59,982 bases of DNA from Acidimicrobiia bacterium (lineage in GTDB: Bacteria; Actinomycetota; Acidimicrobiia; IMCC26256; JACDBD01), in assembly GCA_035316005.1 (NCBI GenBank), contig DATFXK010000008.1, forward strand, positions 1-59,982, in the 5' to 3' direction. A model generated the notes under the pieces. That model searched no databases and had not been told where the DNA came from. It was given only the letters and a program-made list of their open reading frames with translations. This document shows, one piece after another, positions 39,340 to 48,579 of this stretch (positions within the stretch are counted from its first letter, which is position 1; every line of letters begins with the position of its first letter). Made by a program: the position numbers and the translations under genes.

Positions 39340-40893
39340 ATGCCGATGAGGACGCGTGTCGTCGCGTCGCTGTCCGTCGCCGCCGTTGCGCTCACGCTGC
39401 TCGCGACCGTCGCGACCAGCGCCGGCGCCGGGTCTTCCGGCCGTGCGAGGCCGAAGACCTCGCCGTGGGCAGCGGATCAGCCCGGGGTGCAGCATCTCCA
39501 CTTCCAGTACGGGCCCATCCAGGTGCAGCCGGGGCAGAACAACATCGCCCTCAGCGAGGGCCAGGTCCCCAAGCCGACCGAGGACGGCTACATCGTCGGG
39601 ATCCACCCGAACCTCCGTACCGAGAACGGCAAGGTCCCGCCGGTCGACGTGATCCACCTCCACCACGCCGTGTGGCTCAACCTGTCCGCGGAGCGGAACC
39701 GCGACCGTGGGTCATCGAACTTCTTCGCCGCCGGCGAGGAGAAGACGATCATGAAGCTGCCGACCGGCTACGGGTACTCGTTCCGGGCGTCGGACAACTG
39801 GCTTCTCAACTACATGATCCACGACCTCACTCCGGGGCCCTACAAGGTGTTCATCACGTACGACCTCGACTTCGTGCCGTCGTCGTCGCCGGCCGCGCAG
39901 CAGATCACTCCGGCCCGCCCGATCTGGATGGACGTCCAGAACGGCAGCATCTACCCGGTGTTCGACGTGCTGAAGGGCTCCGGCACCAACGGCCAGTTCA
40001 CGTACCCGGACCAGGCGGACAACCCGTACCCGAACGGCCGCCAGAAGAACGTGTGGAAGGTCGACCGTGACAGCGTGCTGCTCGGCACCGCCGGTCACCT
40101 GCACCCGGGTGGGCTCCACGACGACCTGTGGCTCGATCGCCCGGGGGCGACGGGCACACAGGGGTCGAGCGCGGTGAAGAGCACGCCGGACACGGCGCAC
40201 CTGTTCCGCTCGGTGGCGGACTACTTCGAGCCGGCCGGCGCGGTCAGCTGGGACGTGTCCATGACCGCGACCCCGCCGAACTGGCGCGTCCAGGTTCATC
40301 CGGGCGACGAGCTACGGATCAACACGACCTACGACTCCAAGCGCGCGTCGTGGTACGAGTCGATGGGGATCATGATCGTGTGGATGACCGACGGGACGAA
40401 CGGGCGCGACCCGTTCACCACCAAGGTCGACACCAAGGGTCAGCTCACGCACGGCCACCTGCCCGAGAACAACCACCACGGCGGGCAGAAGACGACGCTG
40501 CCCAACCCGTCGAAGTTCACCGTTGTCGACGCCCCGAGCGACATTCCGATCGACAACTTCCTCTACGGCGTCGGCGACTTCACCGGTGATCACAAGATCC
40601 CGAATGTCAAGGCCGGCCAATCGCTCACGTTCACGAACAACGACGCCCCGAAGGGCAACGGCATCTGGCACTCGATCACGTCGTGCCGGGCGCCGTGCAA
40701 CAAGGAGACCGGGGTCGCGTACCCGCTCGCCGACAGCAGTGTGCAGTTCGACTCCGGTCAGCTCGGCAATGCCGGCGCTCCCACTTCCGGCAACGTCACC
40801 TGGCAGACGCCGGCCGACCTCAAACCGGGGACGTACACCTACTTCTGCCGCATCCACCCGTTCATGCGCGGCAGCTTCGAGGTCTCCAAGTAG
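39340..40893 (+). CDS. secreted two-domain copper protein: His-rich N-terminal domain + C-terminal amicyanin-like cupredoxin
   Basis: Signal peptide MPMRTRVVASLSVAAVALTLLATVATSAGA. The C-terminus GIWHSI...YTYFCRIHPFMRGSFEV matches the type-1 Cu ligand set H, C-x2-H-x2-M of amicyanin (CTPHPFMRG). The N-domain carries HLHH (106-109), H161, HLH (253-255) and a Met cluster (342-349). Confidence 0.7.
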   Translation: MPMRTRVVASLSVAAVALTLLATVATSAGAGSSGRARPKTSPWAADQPGVQHLHFQYGPIQVQPGQNNIALSEGQVPKPTEDGYIVGIHPNLRTENGKVPPVDVIHLHHAVWLNLSAERNRDRGSSNFFAAGEEKTIMKLPTGYGYSFRASDNWLLNYMIHDLTPGPYKVFITYDLDFVPSSSPAAQQITPARPIWMDVQNGSIYPVFDVLKGSGTNGQFTYPDQADNPYPNGRQKNVWKVDRDSVLLGTAGHLHPGGLHDDLWLDRPGATGTQGSSAVKSTPDTAHLFRSVADYFEPAGAVSWDVSMTATPPNWRVQVHPGDELRINTTYDSKRASWYESMGIMIVWMTDGTNGRDPFTTKVDTKGQLTHGHLPENNHHGGQKTTLPNPSKFTVVDAPSDIPIDNFLYGVGDFTGDHKIPNVKAGQSLTFTNNDAPKGNGIWHSITSCRAPCNKETGVAYPLADSSVQFDSGQLGNAGAPTSGNVTWQTPADLKPGTYTYFCRIHPFMRGSFEVSK

Positions 40894-40961
40894 ATCGACG
40901 AGCCAAGCGGAGGCGGTTTGCGCCGTTGCATGCCGCCCGGGCGTGAGAGAGAGTCCCCGCT

Positions 40962-41975
40962 ATGAACCGAGCCGAGGCGTGGCGTGACAAAGGCAAATAC
41001 TTCTCGTGGAGTCCGCGCCGCGAAGATGCGCCCGAAGTGCAGATCTTCCACATCGAGCTCGGTGACGTCGATGGGCAGCCGTTGGTGCTGGTCCATGGCT
41101 TTCCGACGAGCAGCGTCGACTGGTTCGAAATCGCCGAGCGACTGAGCGACCGCTATCGCGTCTGCGCGATGGACTTCCCGGGCTTCGGCTTTTCCGACAA
41201 GCCGCTCGGCTGGGGCTACAGCTTGATGCGCGACGCCGAGGCGCTCGAGTACTACCTGACGGAAGTGCTCGGCCTCGAGTCGATGATCTTGTTCGCGCAC
41301 GACCGAGGTTCCAGCGTCGCGATGATCCACACGACCAGCGGCGAATCGCAGGTGAAGCTCGAGCACCTGTTCCTCACGAACGGCAACATCTTCCTCCCGA
41401 TGTCCAACCTGACCGATGCCCAGCGCCGCATGCTCGACCCCGAGACGGGCCCCGCATTGCTCGCCCAAGCGACGCCGGAGCAGCTCGCGGTGGGCATGGG
41501 CCAGACCACGTACACGCCACAGCGCGGCGCCGACGACCCCGAGATCCAGGCGCTCACGACGATTTTCTCGCACGGCGAGGGCCTGAAGGTCCTGCACGAG
41601 ACGATCCAGTACCTGGTCGAGCGATCCCGGGACGAGGACTCGTGGCTGAAGGCGCTTGCCGCGTTGGACGTTCCGACGACATTCATCTGGGGTGTCTACG
41701 ACACGGTCTCGCCGCCCCGCGTCGTGAGCTATGTCTGGAACGAATACATGATGAAGAAGCCAGGCCCGAACACCCTTTACTTCATCCCGGACGCGAACCA
41801 CTACCTGCAGAACGACCAGCCCCAGGCGCTCGTCGACACGTTCCTGCACGCGCTCGAAGCGCCGGAAGACACCCCGCCAGGGGCGATCGCACCGATGCTG
41901 GCGTCGCCTCTGCTCGTGGACCGCTCGCGCTCGGAACTTCCCCGCGCCGCGGACCTTCTGAAGAACCAGGGGTGA
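40962..41975 (+). CDS. alpha/beta hydrolase (epoxide hydrolase/haloalkane dehalogenase/MEST-like, Asp nucleophile)
   Basis: VLVHGFPTSS..W and the nucleophile elbow FAHDRGSS (HD.G rather than G.S.G). 337 aa. Confidence 0.7.
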   Translation: MNRAEAWRDKGKYFSWSPRREDAPEVQIFHIELGDVDGQPLVLVHGFPTSSVDWFEIAERLSDRYRVCAMDFPGFGFSDKPLGWGYSLMRDAEALEYYLTEVLGLESMILFAHDRGSSVAMIHTTSGESQVKLEHLFLTNGNIFLPMSNLTDAQRRMLDPETGPALLAQATPEQLAVGMGQTTYTPQRGADDPEIQALTTIFSHGEGLKVLHETIQYLVERSRDEDSWLKALAALDVPTTFIWGVYDTVSPPRVVSYVWNEYMMKKPGPNTLYFIPDANHYLQNDQPQALVDTFLHALEAPEDTPPGAIAPMLASPLLVDRSRSELPRAADLLKNQG

Positions 41976-41994
41976 GCCAGCGGTCGGGCTGAGC

Positions 41995-42018
41995 CCGCCC
42001 GCCTCTTCCCGCGGGCGG
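41995..42018 (+). terminator. GC hairpin after the hydrolase gene (no U-tract)
   Basis: CCGCCCGC-ctcttccc-GCGGGCGG. Confidence 0.3.
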
Positions 42019-42213
42019 TCGTCAGACTCCGGTCAGACGTGCGTTTCGGTTCGTTCACGAATCAGCACCGGTCGCGAAACGTGCCGCTCTTACGTTCCCC
42101 GTATCTCGCGCAGAGGGGCTGGAACCACGCGAGGGGGAGGGCACCGGCGCCCTTCACGGAATGGTCCGGGGGGTGCTCTCCACTCCGGGTCTTACGACAA
42201 GCAGGAGGACGAT

Positions 42214-43812
42214 GTGAAACGGAAGTGGTTGGGCAGGGGCGCGATCGTGCTCGCCCTGGTCCTACTGATCGTCGGTGTGACGGCCGGAGCCGCCTTTGCC
42301 GGCACCGACCCGAAGCCGGTGTTCAAGGCGCCGGCGTTGGCGCCCGGCGACGTCGCGGTGAGCTTGAACCTGCTCTGGGTCGTCTTAGGAGCGGTCCTCG
42401 TCATCTTCATGCAAGCGGGGTTCGCGCTCGTCGAAACGGGATTCACGCGGTCGAAGAACGCGGCGCACGTGTTCTCGATGAACTTCATGATCTTCGGGCT
42501 CGCGATGGTGGGCTTCTTCCTCGTGGGCTACGCGTTCATGTTCGGTGGCTACAGCTTCCCGGGCCTCTTCGGCCTGGACAAGCCGGTCGGTGACGCGCTC
42601 ATCGGGTCGGGGAACTGGACCTTCCTCTGGAAGGGTGGTTTCGCGCTGACCGACCTCGGTGGGATCGGCAAGAACGCAGCGCTCGGCGCGCCGACGGCGG
42701 CGTTCTTCCTCTACATGTACGCGTTCATGGACACGACCGCGACCATCCCCACCGGGTCCATGGCCGAACGGTGGAAGTGGAAGAACTTCATGGTGTGGGC
42801 CGTGTTCTGTGGCGCGATCTACTTCCCGCTGTTCGGCGCCTGGACGTGGGGTGGCGGCTGGCTGGCCAAGCTCGGGGACAGCATGAACCTCGGGTTCGGC
42901 TACGTCGACTTCGCCGGCTCCGGTGTCGTGCACGCCATGGGCGGCATTGCCGGACTGGCCGGGATCCTCGTGCTCGGCGCCCGGCGAGGAAAGTTCGGTC
43001 CCGACGGGAAGCCGCGTACGTTGGCGGCGCACAACATCCCGATGGCCCTGCTGGGAACGTTCATCCTTTTGTTCGGGTGGTTCGGGTTCAACGCCGCGTC
43101 GACGCTGGCGGCAACCGACGTCCGGTTCGCGATGGTGGCGACGAACACCGCCATCTCTGCCGGCTTCGGTGCGGTCGGCGGCATGATCTGGGCCTACCGG
43201 CGGATGGGGAAGCCCGACCCCGGGATGATGGCCAACGGCATGCTCGCCGGCCTCGTCGCGATCACGGCCCCGTGCGCGTTCGTGCAGCCGTGGGCAGCGG
43301 CGGTCATCGGCTTCATCGCCGGGATCCTGGTCGTGGTGTCGATTCTCTTCCTCGAGAAGCGCGGCATCGACGACCCGGTGGGCGCGACCTCGGTGCACGG
43401 CACCTGTGGCATCTGGGGTGTGTTGTCGATCGGCCTGTTCGCCAGCGGCGACTACGGGGCCGGCTGGAACCTGACCACGTCGTCACTGACGAAGGGCAGT
43501 GGCGTCACCGGTCTGTTCTACAGCTGGGACCTCGGCATCCGTCAGCTCGGCGCGCAAGTGATCGGCGCGCTCGTGATCATCTTCGTCATGGGCGGCATCG
43601 CGTACGCGTTCTTCAAGATCTGCGATGTCCTCACGAAGGGTGGCATTCGGACATCTCCCGAGGTGGAGGACATGGGCCTCGACCGTCCCGAGATGGGCGT
43701 GCTCGGGTACAACGACTTCACGACGAGCGAGCTCGTCCTTGCCGGTGAGGACCCGGCGCAGGACAAGGTGCTCGCGCACACGGAGTCGCCCGACCCGACC
43801 ATCGGTCGGTAG
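42214..43812 (+). CDS. amt: ammonium transporter
   Basis: GTG start. FMQAGFALVETGF, DFAGSGVVH and HGTCGIWG signature blocks. 532 aa including a roughly 60-aa C-terminal cytoplasmic extension. Confidence 0.9.
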   Translation: MKRKWLGRGAIVLALVLLIVGVTAGAAFAGTDPKPVFKAPALAPGDVAVSLNLLWVVLGAVLVIFMQAGFALVETGFTRSKNAAHVFSMNFMIFGLAMVGFFLVGYAFMFGGYSFPGLFGLDKPVGDALIGSGNWTFLWKGGFALTDLGGIGKNAALGAPTAAFFLYMYAFMDTTATIPTGSMAERWKWKNFMVWAVFCGAIYFPLFGAWTWGGGWLAKLGDSMNLGFGYVDFAGSGVVHAMGGIAGLAGILVLGARRGKFGPDGKPRTLAAHNIPMALLGTFILLFGWFGFNAASTLAATDVRFAMVATNTAISAGFGAVGGMIWAYRRMGKPDPGMMANGMLAGLVAITAPCAFVQPWAAAVIGFIAGILVVVSILFLEKRGIDDPVGATSVHGTCGIWGVLSIGLFASGDYGAGWNLTTSSLTKGSGVTGLFYSWDLGIRQLGAQVIGALVIIFVMGGIAYAFFKICDVLTKGGIRTSPEVEDMGLDRPEMGVLGYNDFTTSELVLAGEDPAQDKVLAHTESPDPTIGR

Positions 43813-43921
43813 CGAGAACGCAGCTCCGCGGCGGCTGCCGGAGTGGCCGGCGAGCGAAGATGCCCGCCGGCCGCTTCGCGTTCGGATCCGTCATACCTGC
43901 GCGTGAGTACGGGCATAGCCT

Positions 43922-44314
43922 TTGGGTGTGAGCCCGCCTCGCTACGTGGGCACGAGCGTGTTCCTGCGGTGCTGGCCGCCGGGAATGGTGGTGTTCGCGG
44001 TGCTGGTGTTTGTCGGCACGGGGCGCGCCGCGGCGTTCTACGCCGTCGTGTTCGCGATCTGTGGTGTCGCCGCCGCGCGTTACCTGCCGTGGCGGTTCGC
44101 CGTCCTCGACGAGGGCATCGCGTTGTGGTTCGCCTTCGGGCGCCGTCTCTTCCTTCCTCGGGAGGCGGTGACCGTACGCGTCGGTGCCGGGAGCGTCGTC
44201 GCCTACCCCGAGGCGTATCGCCGCTTCGGCTATCCCCTCACCGACGGTCTCGTCGAGCGCCGACACGCCGCGCTGCAGGCCGTGCTGGCCGAGCACGGCT
44301 TCCGGATCGCCTGA
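43922..44314 (+). CDS. hypothetical membrane protein (two TM helices + small soluble domain)
   Basis: 130 aa with two hydrophobic helices at the N-terminus. High GC3. No motif recognised. Confidence 0.5.
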   Translation: MGVSPPRYVGTSVFLRCWPPGMVVFAVLVFVGTGRAAAFYAVVFAICGVAAARYLPWRFAVLDEGIALWFAFGRRLFLPREAVTVRVGAGSVVAYPEAYRRFGYPLTDGLVERRHAALQAVLAEHGFRIA

Positions 44315-44317
44315 CGC

Positions 44318-45808
44318 TCAGCCCCGGACCCACTCCCGCACCATCGGGCTCGGCTTCACATCGAAGCCGACGCGCTCGAACCAGCCCGAGTCGTGGGCGT
44401 GCTGGAAGGCGTGGTCCTCCGGCCGCGTCGCCGGGACGGGCGCGCGCAGGGCGAGACCACCGCCCATCCCCGGCTGTGACGCACACGGCGGCGACGGATC
44501 GGCCACGACGACGTCGAGATGGACGCCGACCTGGCGGTCGACGGGGTCGGCGGCGAGGCTCGCTCCGAGGTTGTTGGCGCGCCGGTCCCGCTCGGTGAGG
44601 AACCACGTCTGACCCGGCTTCCCCGGGCCGTGTGCGGGCGCGCCAAGGAAGCGCCACTCGAGGAACCGCAGCACGGACGTGTGGTCGTACAGCGTGTGGT
44701 CGACGTACCCGCGCCGCGCGTACGGCGATGCGATCACGGCGGGCACGCGGAAGCCCGCTTGGCCGAAGTTGGCGGCGTCCACCGGGCTGGCGCGGTTGTC
44801 GGGGAGGATCGGCGGCTTCACGTGGTCGTAGAAGCCGCCCCATTCGTCGTACATGACCACGAACGCACCGCGCCGCGAGTGCTTCGAGCGGGCGAAGGCG
44901 GCGAACACGTCGCGCAGGAACCGCTGCCCGGCCCGGATGTCGGCGAGGGGATGGTCGTCGGTGCGGTTCCCGGTGAGGAAGGCGGGGTCGACGAAGACGA
45001 CGTGAGGGAGTGTTCCCGCCTGCGCGCGTGTGAAGTAGTCGGCGATCGGGTGCGTGAAGCTCTCGAGCCGCCCGCCCCAGAGCGCCAACACCGGGAGATC
45101 GGTGAAGTAGTAACCCGCCGACACTCGGGCCGCGCCGAGGCGGTCCCAGATCGTCGCCCAGTCGTACCCGCCGGTCGCGGTGGGGAGGGCGTTGGTCTGG
45201 TACGTCCCCGACTGCCCGGAGTGGAGGTACGCGCGGTTGGGATACGTCGGCCCGAGGATCGACGCGTGCCACCCGTCGCAGACCGTGAACTCGCGCGCGA
45301 GCCGGGAGGTGAACGGCATGGCGTCGGCGCCGTAGTAGCCGAGTGCGAACGTGTCGTTGCCGCTGCCGGGCGCGAGGAACCCGCCGTCGCGCTGCGCCCG
45401 GCCCTGGGTCCACTGGTGGCCGGGGTCGGGGTGACCGCAGCCGCGGTACGGGTTCGTCTCCGCCGGGTTCGTGAGCAGCGGCGCCGTCTGCACCGGGGCC
45501 CCGTCCGGCCCCGGGAACGACTGCACCTGCTTGCCGTTGACCCGAAAGCGCTTCCCGTACCGGCTCTTGCCGCGCTCGAGGTACCGCTTGTCGTCGGCGA
45601 GCCATCCGAAGTAGTGGTCGAAGGAGCGGTTCTCCATCATCACGACGACCACCGTGTCGATCGGCGACTCCTTCGCGGGATCGTCGAGCATCGAGCCGAA
45701 GTCGTCGGCGGCGAGCGCGGCCCGGGTCGTCGCCGCGAGGGCCGAGCCACCCAGTGCGACCGCCCCGCCCAGGTGCGCCGTCCGCCGGAGGAACTCACGC
45801 CGGTCCAA
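44318..45808 (-). CDS. Tat-exported phosphoesterase family protein (phospholipase C / AcpA acid phosphatase family)
   Basis: MDRREFLRRTAHLGGAVALG twin-arginine signal. VVVVMMENRSFDHYFGW is the phosphoesterase-family signature. Confidence 0.8.
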   Translation of the reverse strand: MDRREFLRRTAHLGGAVALGGSALAATTRAALAADDFGSMLDDPAKESPIDTVVVVMMENRSFDHYFGWLADDKRYLERGKSRYGKRFRVNGKQVQSFPGPDGAPVQTAPLLTNPAETNPYRGCGHPDPGHQWTQGRAQRDGGFLAPGSGNDTFALGYYGADAMPFTSRLAREFTVCDGWHASILGPTYPNRAYLHSGQSGTYQTNALPTATGGYDWATIWDRLGAARVSAGYYFTDLPVLALWGGRLESFTHPIADYFTRAQAGTLPHVVFVDPAFLTGNRTDDHPLADIRAGQRFLRDVFAAFARSKHSRRGAFVVMYDEWGGFYDHVKPPILPDNRASPVDAANFGQAGFRVPAVIASPYARRGYVDHTLYDHTSVLRFLEWRFLGAPAHGPGKPGQTWFLTERDRRANNLGASLAADPVDRQVGVHLDVVVADPSPPCASQPGMGGGLALRAPVPATRPEDHAFQHAHDSGWFERVGFDVKPSPMVREWVRG

Positions 45809-45849
45809 GGCCGCGTGTCTAGCGCGTGGCGCCGTAGCCTTGTGGCCGG

Positions 45850-46278
45850 ATGAAGCTCGCGCTCGGATCCGACGAGAAGAACGCCCTGACTGACGCGGTG
45901 GAGGCCGACCTCGAAGGGCGCGGCCACCAGGTCGTGCTCGTCGGCCCGCCCGGCCGCGAGGCGATCGAGTGGGCCGAGGTCGGTCAGCGCGTCGGCGAGC
46001 TCGTAGCCAAAGGCGAGGCCGACTCGGGCGTCCTGTTCTGCTGGACGGGCACCGGGGCGTCCATCGCCGCGAACAAGGTGCCGGGTGTGCGTGCCGCCCT
46101 CTGCACCGACCGCGCCACCGCCGCCGGCGCCCGCAAGTGGAACGACGCCAACGTGCTCGTGATGGGATTGCGGCTGACCAGTCCGGAGGTCGCCCGCGAG
46201 ATGCTCGACGCGTGGTTCACGACCGAGCCCGATCCCGGTGAGGCCGACAACATCGCGCGCTTGGAAGCGCCTCGGTAA
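45850..46278 (+). CDS. rpiB: ribose-5-phosphate isomerase B (RpiB/LacA/LacB family)
   Basis: 142 aa. GVLFCWTGTGASIAANKVPGVRAALC and NVLVMGLRL blocks. Confidence 0.8.
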   Translation: MKLALGSDEKNALTDAVEADLEGRGHQVVLVGPPGREAIEWAEVGQRVGELVAKGEADSGVLFCWTGTGASIAANKVPGVRAALCTDRATAAGARKWNDANVLVMGLRLTSPEVAREMLDAWFTTEPDPGEADNIARLEAPR

Positions 46279-46290
46279 GAGGGGGAATCG

Positions 46291-46584
46291 ATGCCGACCT
46301 ACGCCATGCTCACGACGCTCGGGCCCGACGGTTGGGCGACGGTGCGCGAGAACCCGGAGCGCATCCGGGAGGTCACACGCGAGGTCGAGGGGATGGGCTT
46401 GAAGGTCGTCGCGCAGTACGCGCTGATGGGTCAGTACGACTTCCTCAACGTGATCGAGTCGCCCGACGAGGCCACAATGGCGCGGGCGGCGATCATGCTC
46501 GCGGCGCGGGGCACGATGCGGACGACGACCCTGCAGGCGATCTCGGTGGACGAGCTGATCGAGAGCTTGCAGCGCGAGGGCTAG
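46291..46584 (+). CDS. GYD domain-containing protein
   Basis: 97 aa. The YAMLTTL...G.YDF..V.E.PD pattern is typical of the GYD family. Confidence 0.65.
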   Translation: MPTYAMLTTLGPDGWATVRENPERIREVTREVEGMGLKVVAQYALMGQYDFLNVIESPDEATMARAAIMLAARGTMRTTTLQAISVDELIESLQREG

Positions 46585-46594
46585 CGGGCCGGGC

Positions 46595-46798
46595 CTACGC
46601 GATCCACCACATCGAACGCTTCTTCTCCTCGCGCACCTCGTCGTCGACGAACAACGTGGGCAGGAGGGAGCCGTCCGAGCGGCGCTTCAGCTTGTAACGG
46701 GCGCCGCCGGCTTCGTCGACGACTTCGGCGACCTCGAAGCCGCGCGACCACCGGTCGTCGAAGCGTGACCGCACCTCGACGCGGGTGCCGAGCTCCAT
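46595..46798 (-). CDS. small hypothetical protein (67 aa)
   Basis: MELGTRVEVRSRFDDRWSRGFEVAEVVDEAGGARYKLKRRSDGS.. has an SH3/Tudor-like feel. High GC3. The longer track ORF (to 46900) is unlikely. Confidence 0.45.
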   Translation of the reverse strand: MELGTRVEVRSRFDDRWSRGFEVAEVVDEAGGARYKLKRRSDGSLLPTLFVDDEVREEKKRSMWWIA

Positions 46799-46890
46799 CG
46801 CAGGCGAGGGTAACAGGGCGCCACCAGGACCGACACGGGTGCCGGTCGGGCGTGCGCGTCGACGTCGAGGCCGCTTGGTAGCGTCCGTGC

Positions 46891-47607
46891 GTGGTGGCAT
46901 CGGCGTCTGCTCCCCCGGTGCCGGCAGGGGCCGGTACGTCGGCCGCTCCGCGCGCCCGGACGCCCACCCTGCGCCTCGAGCGACGGTGCTGGCGGGACGG
47001 CCAGCGCGTCGTCGTCGGCATGGACGAGGTCGGCCGCGGTGCCTGGGCGGGACCGGTCACGGTGGCCGCGCTGGTCCCGCCGCCCGAGCACCTGCGCGGC
47101 GTGCGTGACTCGAAGGAGCTCACGAGGGACGAGCGCGAGCTCGTCGCGGCACGGGTCGGCGACTGGGCGGTCGCGATCGGCGTCGGCCACGCGTCCTACG
47201 AGGAGTGCGACGCCCTCGGCATGACCGCCGCCTTGCGCGCCGCCGGACGCCGGGCGCTGTCGCAGCTGGCCGCGCTCGGGTACGAGCCAGACCGCATCAT
47301 CCTCGACGGCAACTACGACTACCTGGCGCTGGGCGCCCGGGTGACGACCGTCGTGCGCGGCGATTCGACCTCGCTGGCGGTCGCGGCGGCGTCCTGCGTC
47401 GCCAAGGTCACTCGCGACGCGCTGATGCGCGAGGAGGCCGAGCACTACCCGGCGTACGACTTCGAGTCGAACGTCGGGTACCCGGCGCCCGTCCACAAGT
47501 CGGCGCTGGCGTGGTTCGGACCGAGCGCGATCCATCGGCGTTCATGGATCTTCATGGACGGGTTGTGCTGGCGGGGTGTCCCGCCGCCGCCCGGCCGCTT
47601 GTTCTAG
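46891..47607 (+). CDS. rnhB: ribonuclease HII
   Basis: VVGMDEVGRGAWAGPVTVAA (DEVGRG catalytic motif) and DSKELT. The GTG start at 46891 is uncertain. Confidence 0.85.
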   Translation: MVASASAPPVPAGAGTSAAPRARTPTLRLERRCWRDGQRVVVGMDEVGRGAWAGPVTVAALVPPPEHLRGVRDSKELTRDERELVAARVGDWAVAIGVGHASYEECDALGMTAALRAAGRRALSQLAALGYEPDRIILDGNYDYLALGARVTTVVRGDSTSLAVAAASCVAKVTRDALMREEAEHYPAYDFESNVGYPAPVHKSALAWFGPSAIHRRSWIFMDGLCWRGVPPPPGRLF

Positions 47608-47615
47608 GAGGGCAG

Positions 47616-48185
47616 ATGGCACACGACCTGTCGGAACTGCACGACCGTGCGCTCGCCGTGACCCGGGGCTACGTCGCCGGCGTCGGGGGCGATCAGTGGA
47701 AGAACGCCACGCCGGACGAGGACTGGGACGTGCGCGAGCTCGTCAACCACATCGTGAGCGGCAACTTCTGGGCCGGCGAGCTGGCGCGGGGGAAGACGAT
47801 CGAGGAGGTGGGCGACCGCCTCGACGGCGACGTGCTCGGTGACGATCCCACCGCCGCCTACGACGGGTCGGCGCGCGCCGCGAGCGAGGCGTTCCAGGCA
47901 CCGGGCGCGATGGAGGCGGCGTGCGCGGTCTCGTACGGGCCCGTCCCGGGCGAGGTGTACGCCGGGCACCGGTTCATCGACGTGGTCATCCACGGCTGGG
48001 ACCTCGCCAAGGCGACGGGCCAGGACACTGCGCTCGATCCCGAGCTGGTGGAGGCGTGCTGGACCGTCATCGAGCCCCAGAAGGAGCTGCTGCTCGGGAG
48101 CGGCGCGTTCGGCAGCCACCACGACACCGAGCCCGGCGCCGACCGCCAGACCGCGTTGCTCGAGCTGCTCGGCCGGACCCCGTAG
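47616..48185 (+). CDS. DinB/mycothiol-maleylpyruvate-isomerase N-terminal-like metal-binding protein (TIGR03086-like)
   Basis: ATG preceded by GGAGGG. WDVRELVNH (first metal His) and VIHGWDLAKATG (second His region). 189 aa. Confidence 0.65.
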   Translation: MAHDLSELHDRALAVTRGYVAGVGGDQWKNATPDEDWDVRELVNHIVSGNFWAGELARGKTIEEVGDRLDGDVLGDDPTAAYDGSARAASEAFQAPGAMEAACAVSYGPVPGEVYAGHRFIDVVIHGWDLAKATGQDTALDPELVEACWTVIEPQKELLLGSGAFGSHHDTEPGADRQTALLELLGRTP

Positions 48186-48203
48186 GCCCTAACCTTCCAG
48201 CCC

Positions 48204-48569
48204 GTGGGCCAGCAGATCACCGTCACCGCCCGACCCGGCGCGTCGCCGTCGGTCCGGCTGTTCGACCTCAACCGGTCGCTCACCGGCATGGAGATCGAGC
48301 GGTACCACAAGGTCGAGGACACGAACGGGGGCCGGCCGCCCGACGTGCTCGCCCGGCGCCTGTTCGACCTCGGCGCCACGCAGGTGACGATCTACTCCAG
48401 CGTGGTCACGGTGCAGGCGCCGCCCGAGCAGTGGGCGGCGCTCGAGCCGAAGGTCGTCGAGACCATCGAGCACCTCTTCGGCTACTACGGCGACGACGCC
48501 GGCTGGTCGCCGGGCGCGCTCGAAGCCCTCGGCATCGAGGTCAAGGCCCCGCCCGAGCCGCAGAAGTAG
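48204..48569 (+). CDS. hypothetical protein, Nfu/NifU N-terminal-like
   Basis: 121 aa. The overall pattern (..P.SP.VR.F.LNR.LTG......Y........P...A..LF...GV..V.I....V.V) is reminiscent of the Nfu_N domain. Weak call. Confidence 0.45.
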   Translation: MGQQITVTARPGASPSVRLFDLNRSLTGMEIERYHKVEDTNGGRPPDVLARRLFDLGATQVTIYSSVVTVQAPPEQWAALEPKVVETIEHLFGYYGDDAGWSPGALEALGIEVKAPPEPQK

Positions 48570-48579
48570 TCGGGCACGC

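Noticed and set aside
35670-40070. 1466-aa plus-strand ORF (the longest in the track), and the 687-aa ORF at 36460..38523.
   Set aside because: Both are alternative frames or antisense over the GH38 alpha-mannosidase gene. GH38 has clear catalytic motifs, whereas their translations are Arg/Pro/Gly-rich with no motifs.
42100-42213. Possible nitrogen-responsive riboswitch (glutamine-type) in the amt 5' leader.
   Set aside because: Only generic short stems are visible (CTCGCG...CGCGAG, AGGGC...GCCCT). I see no match to any riboswitch core I can recall.
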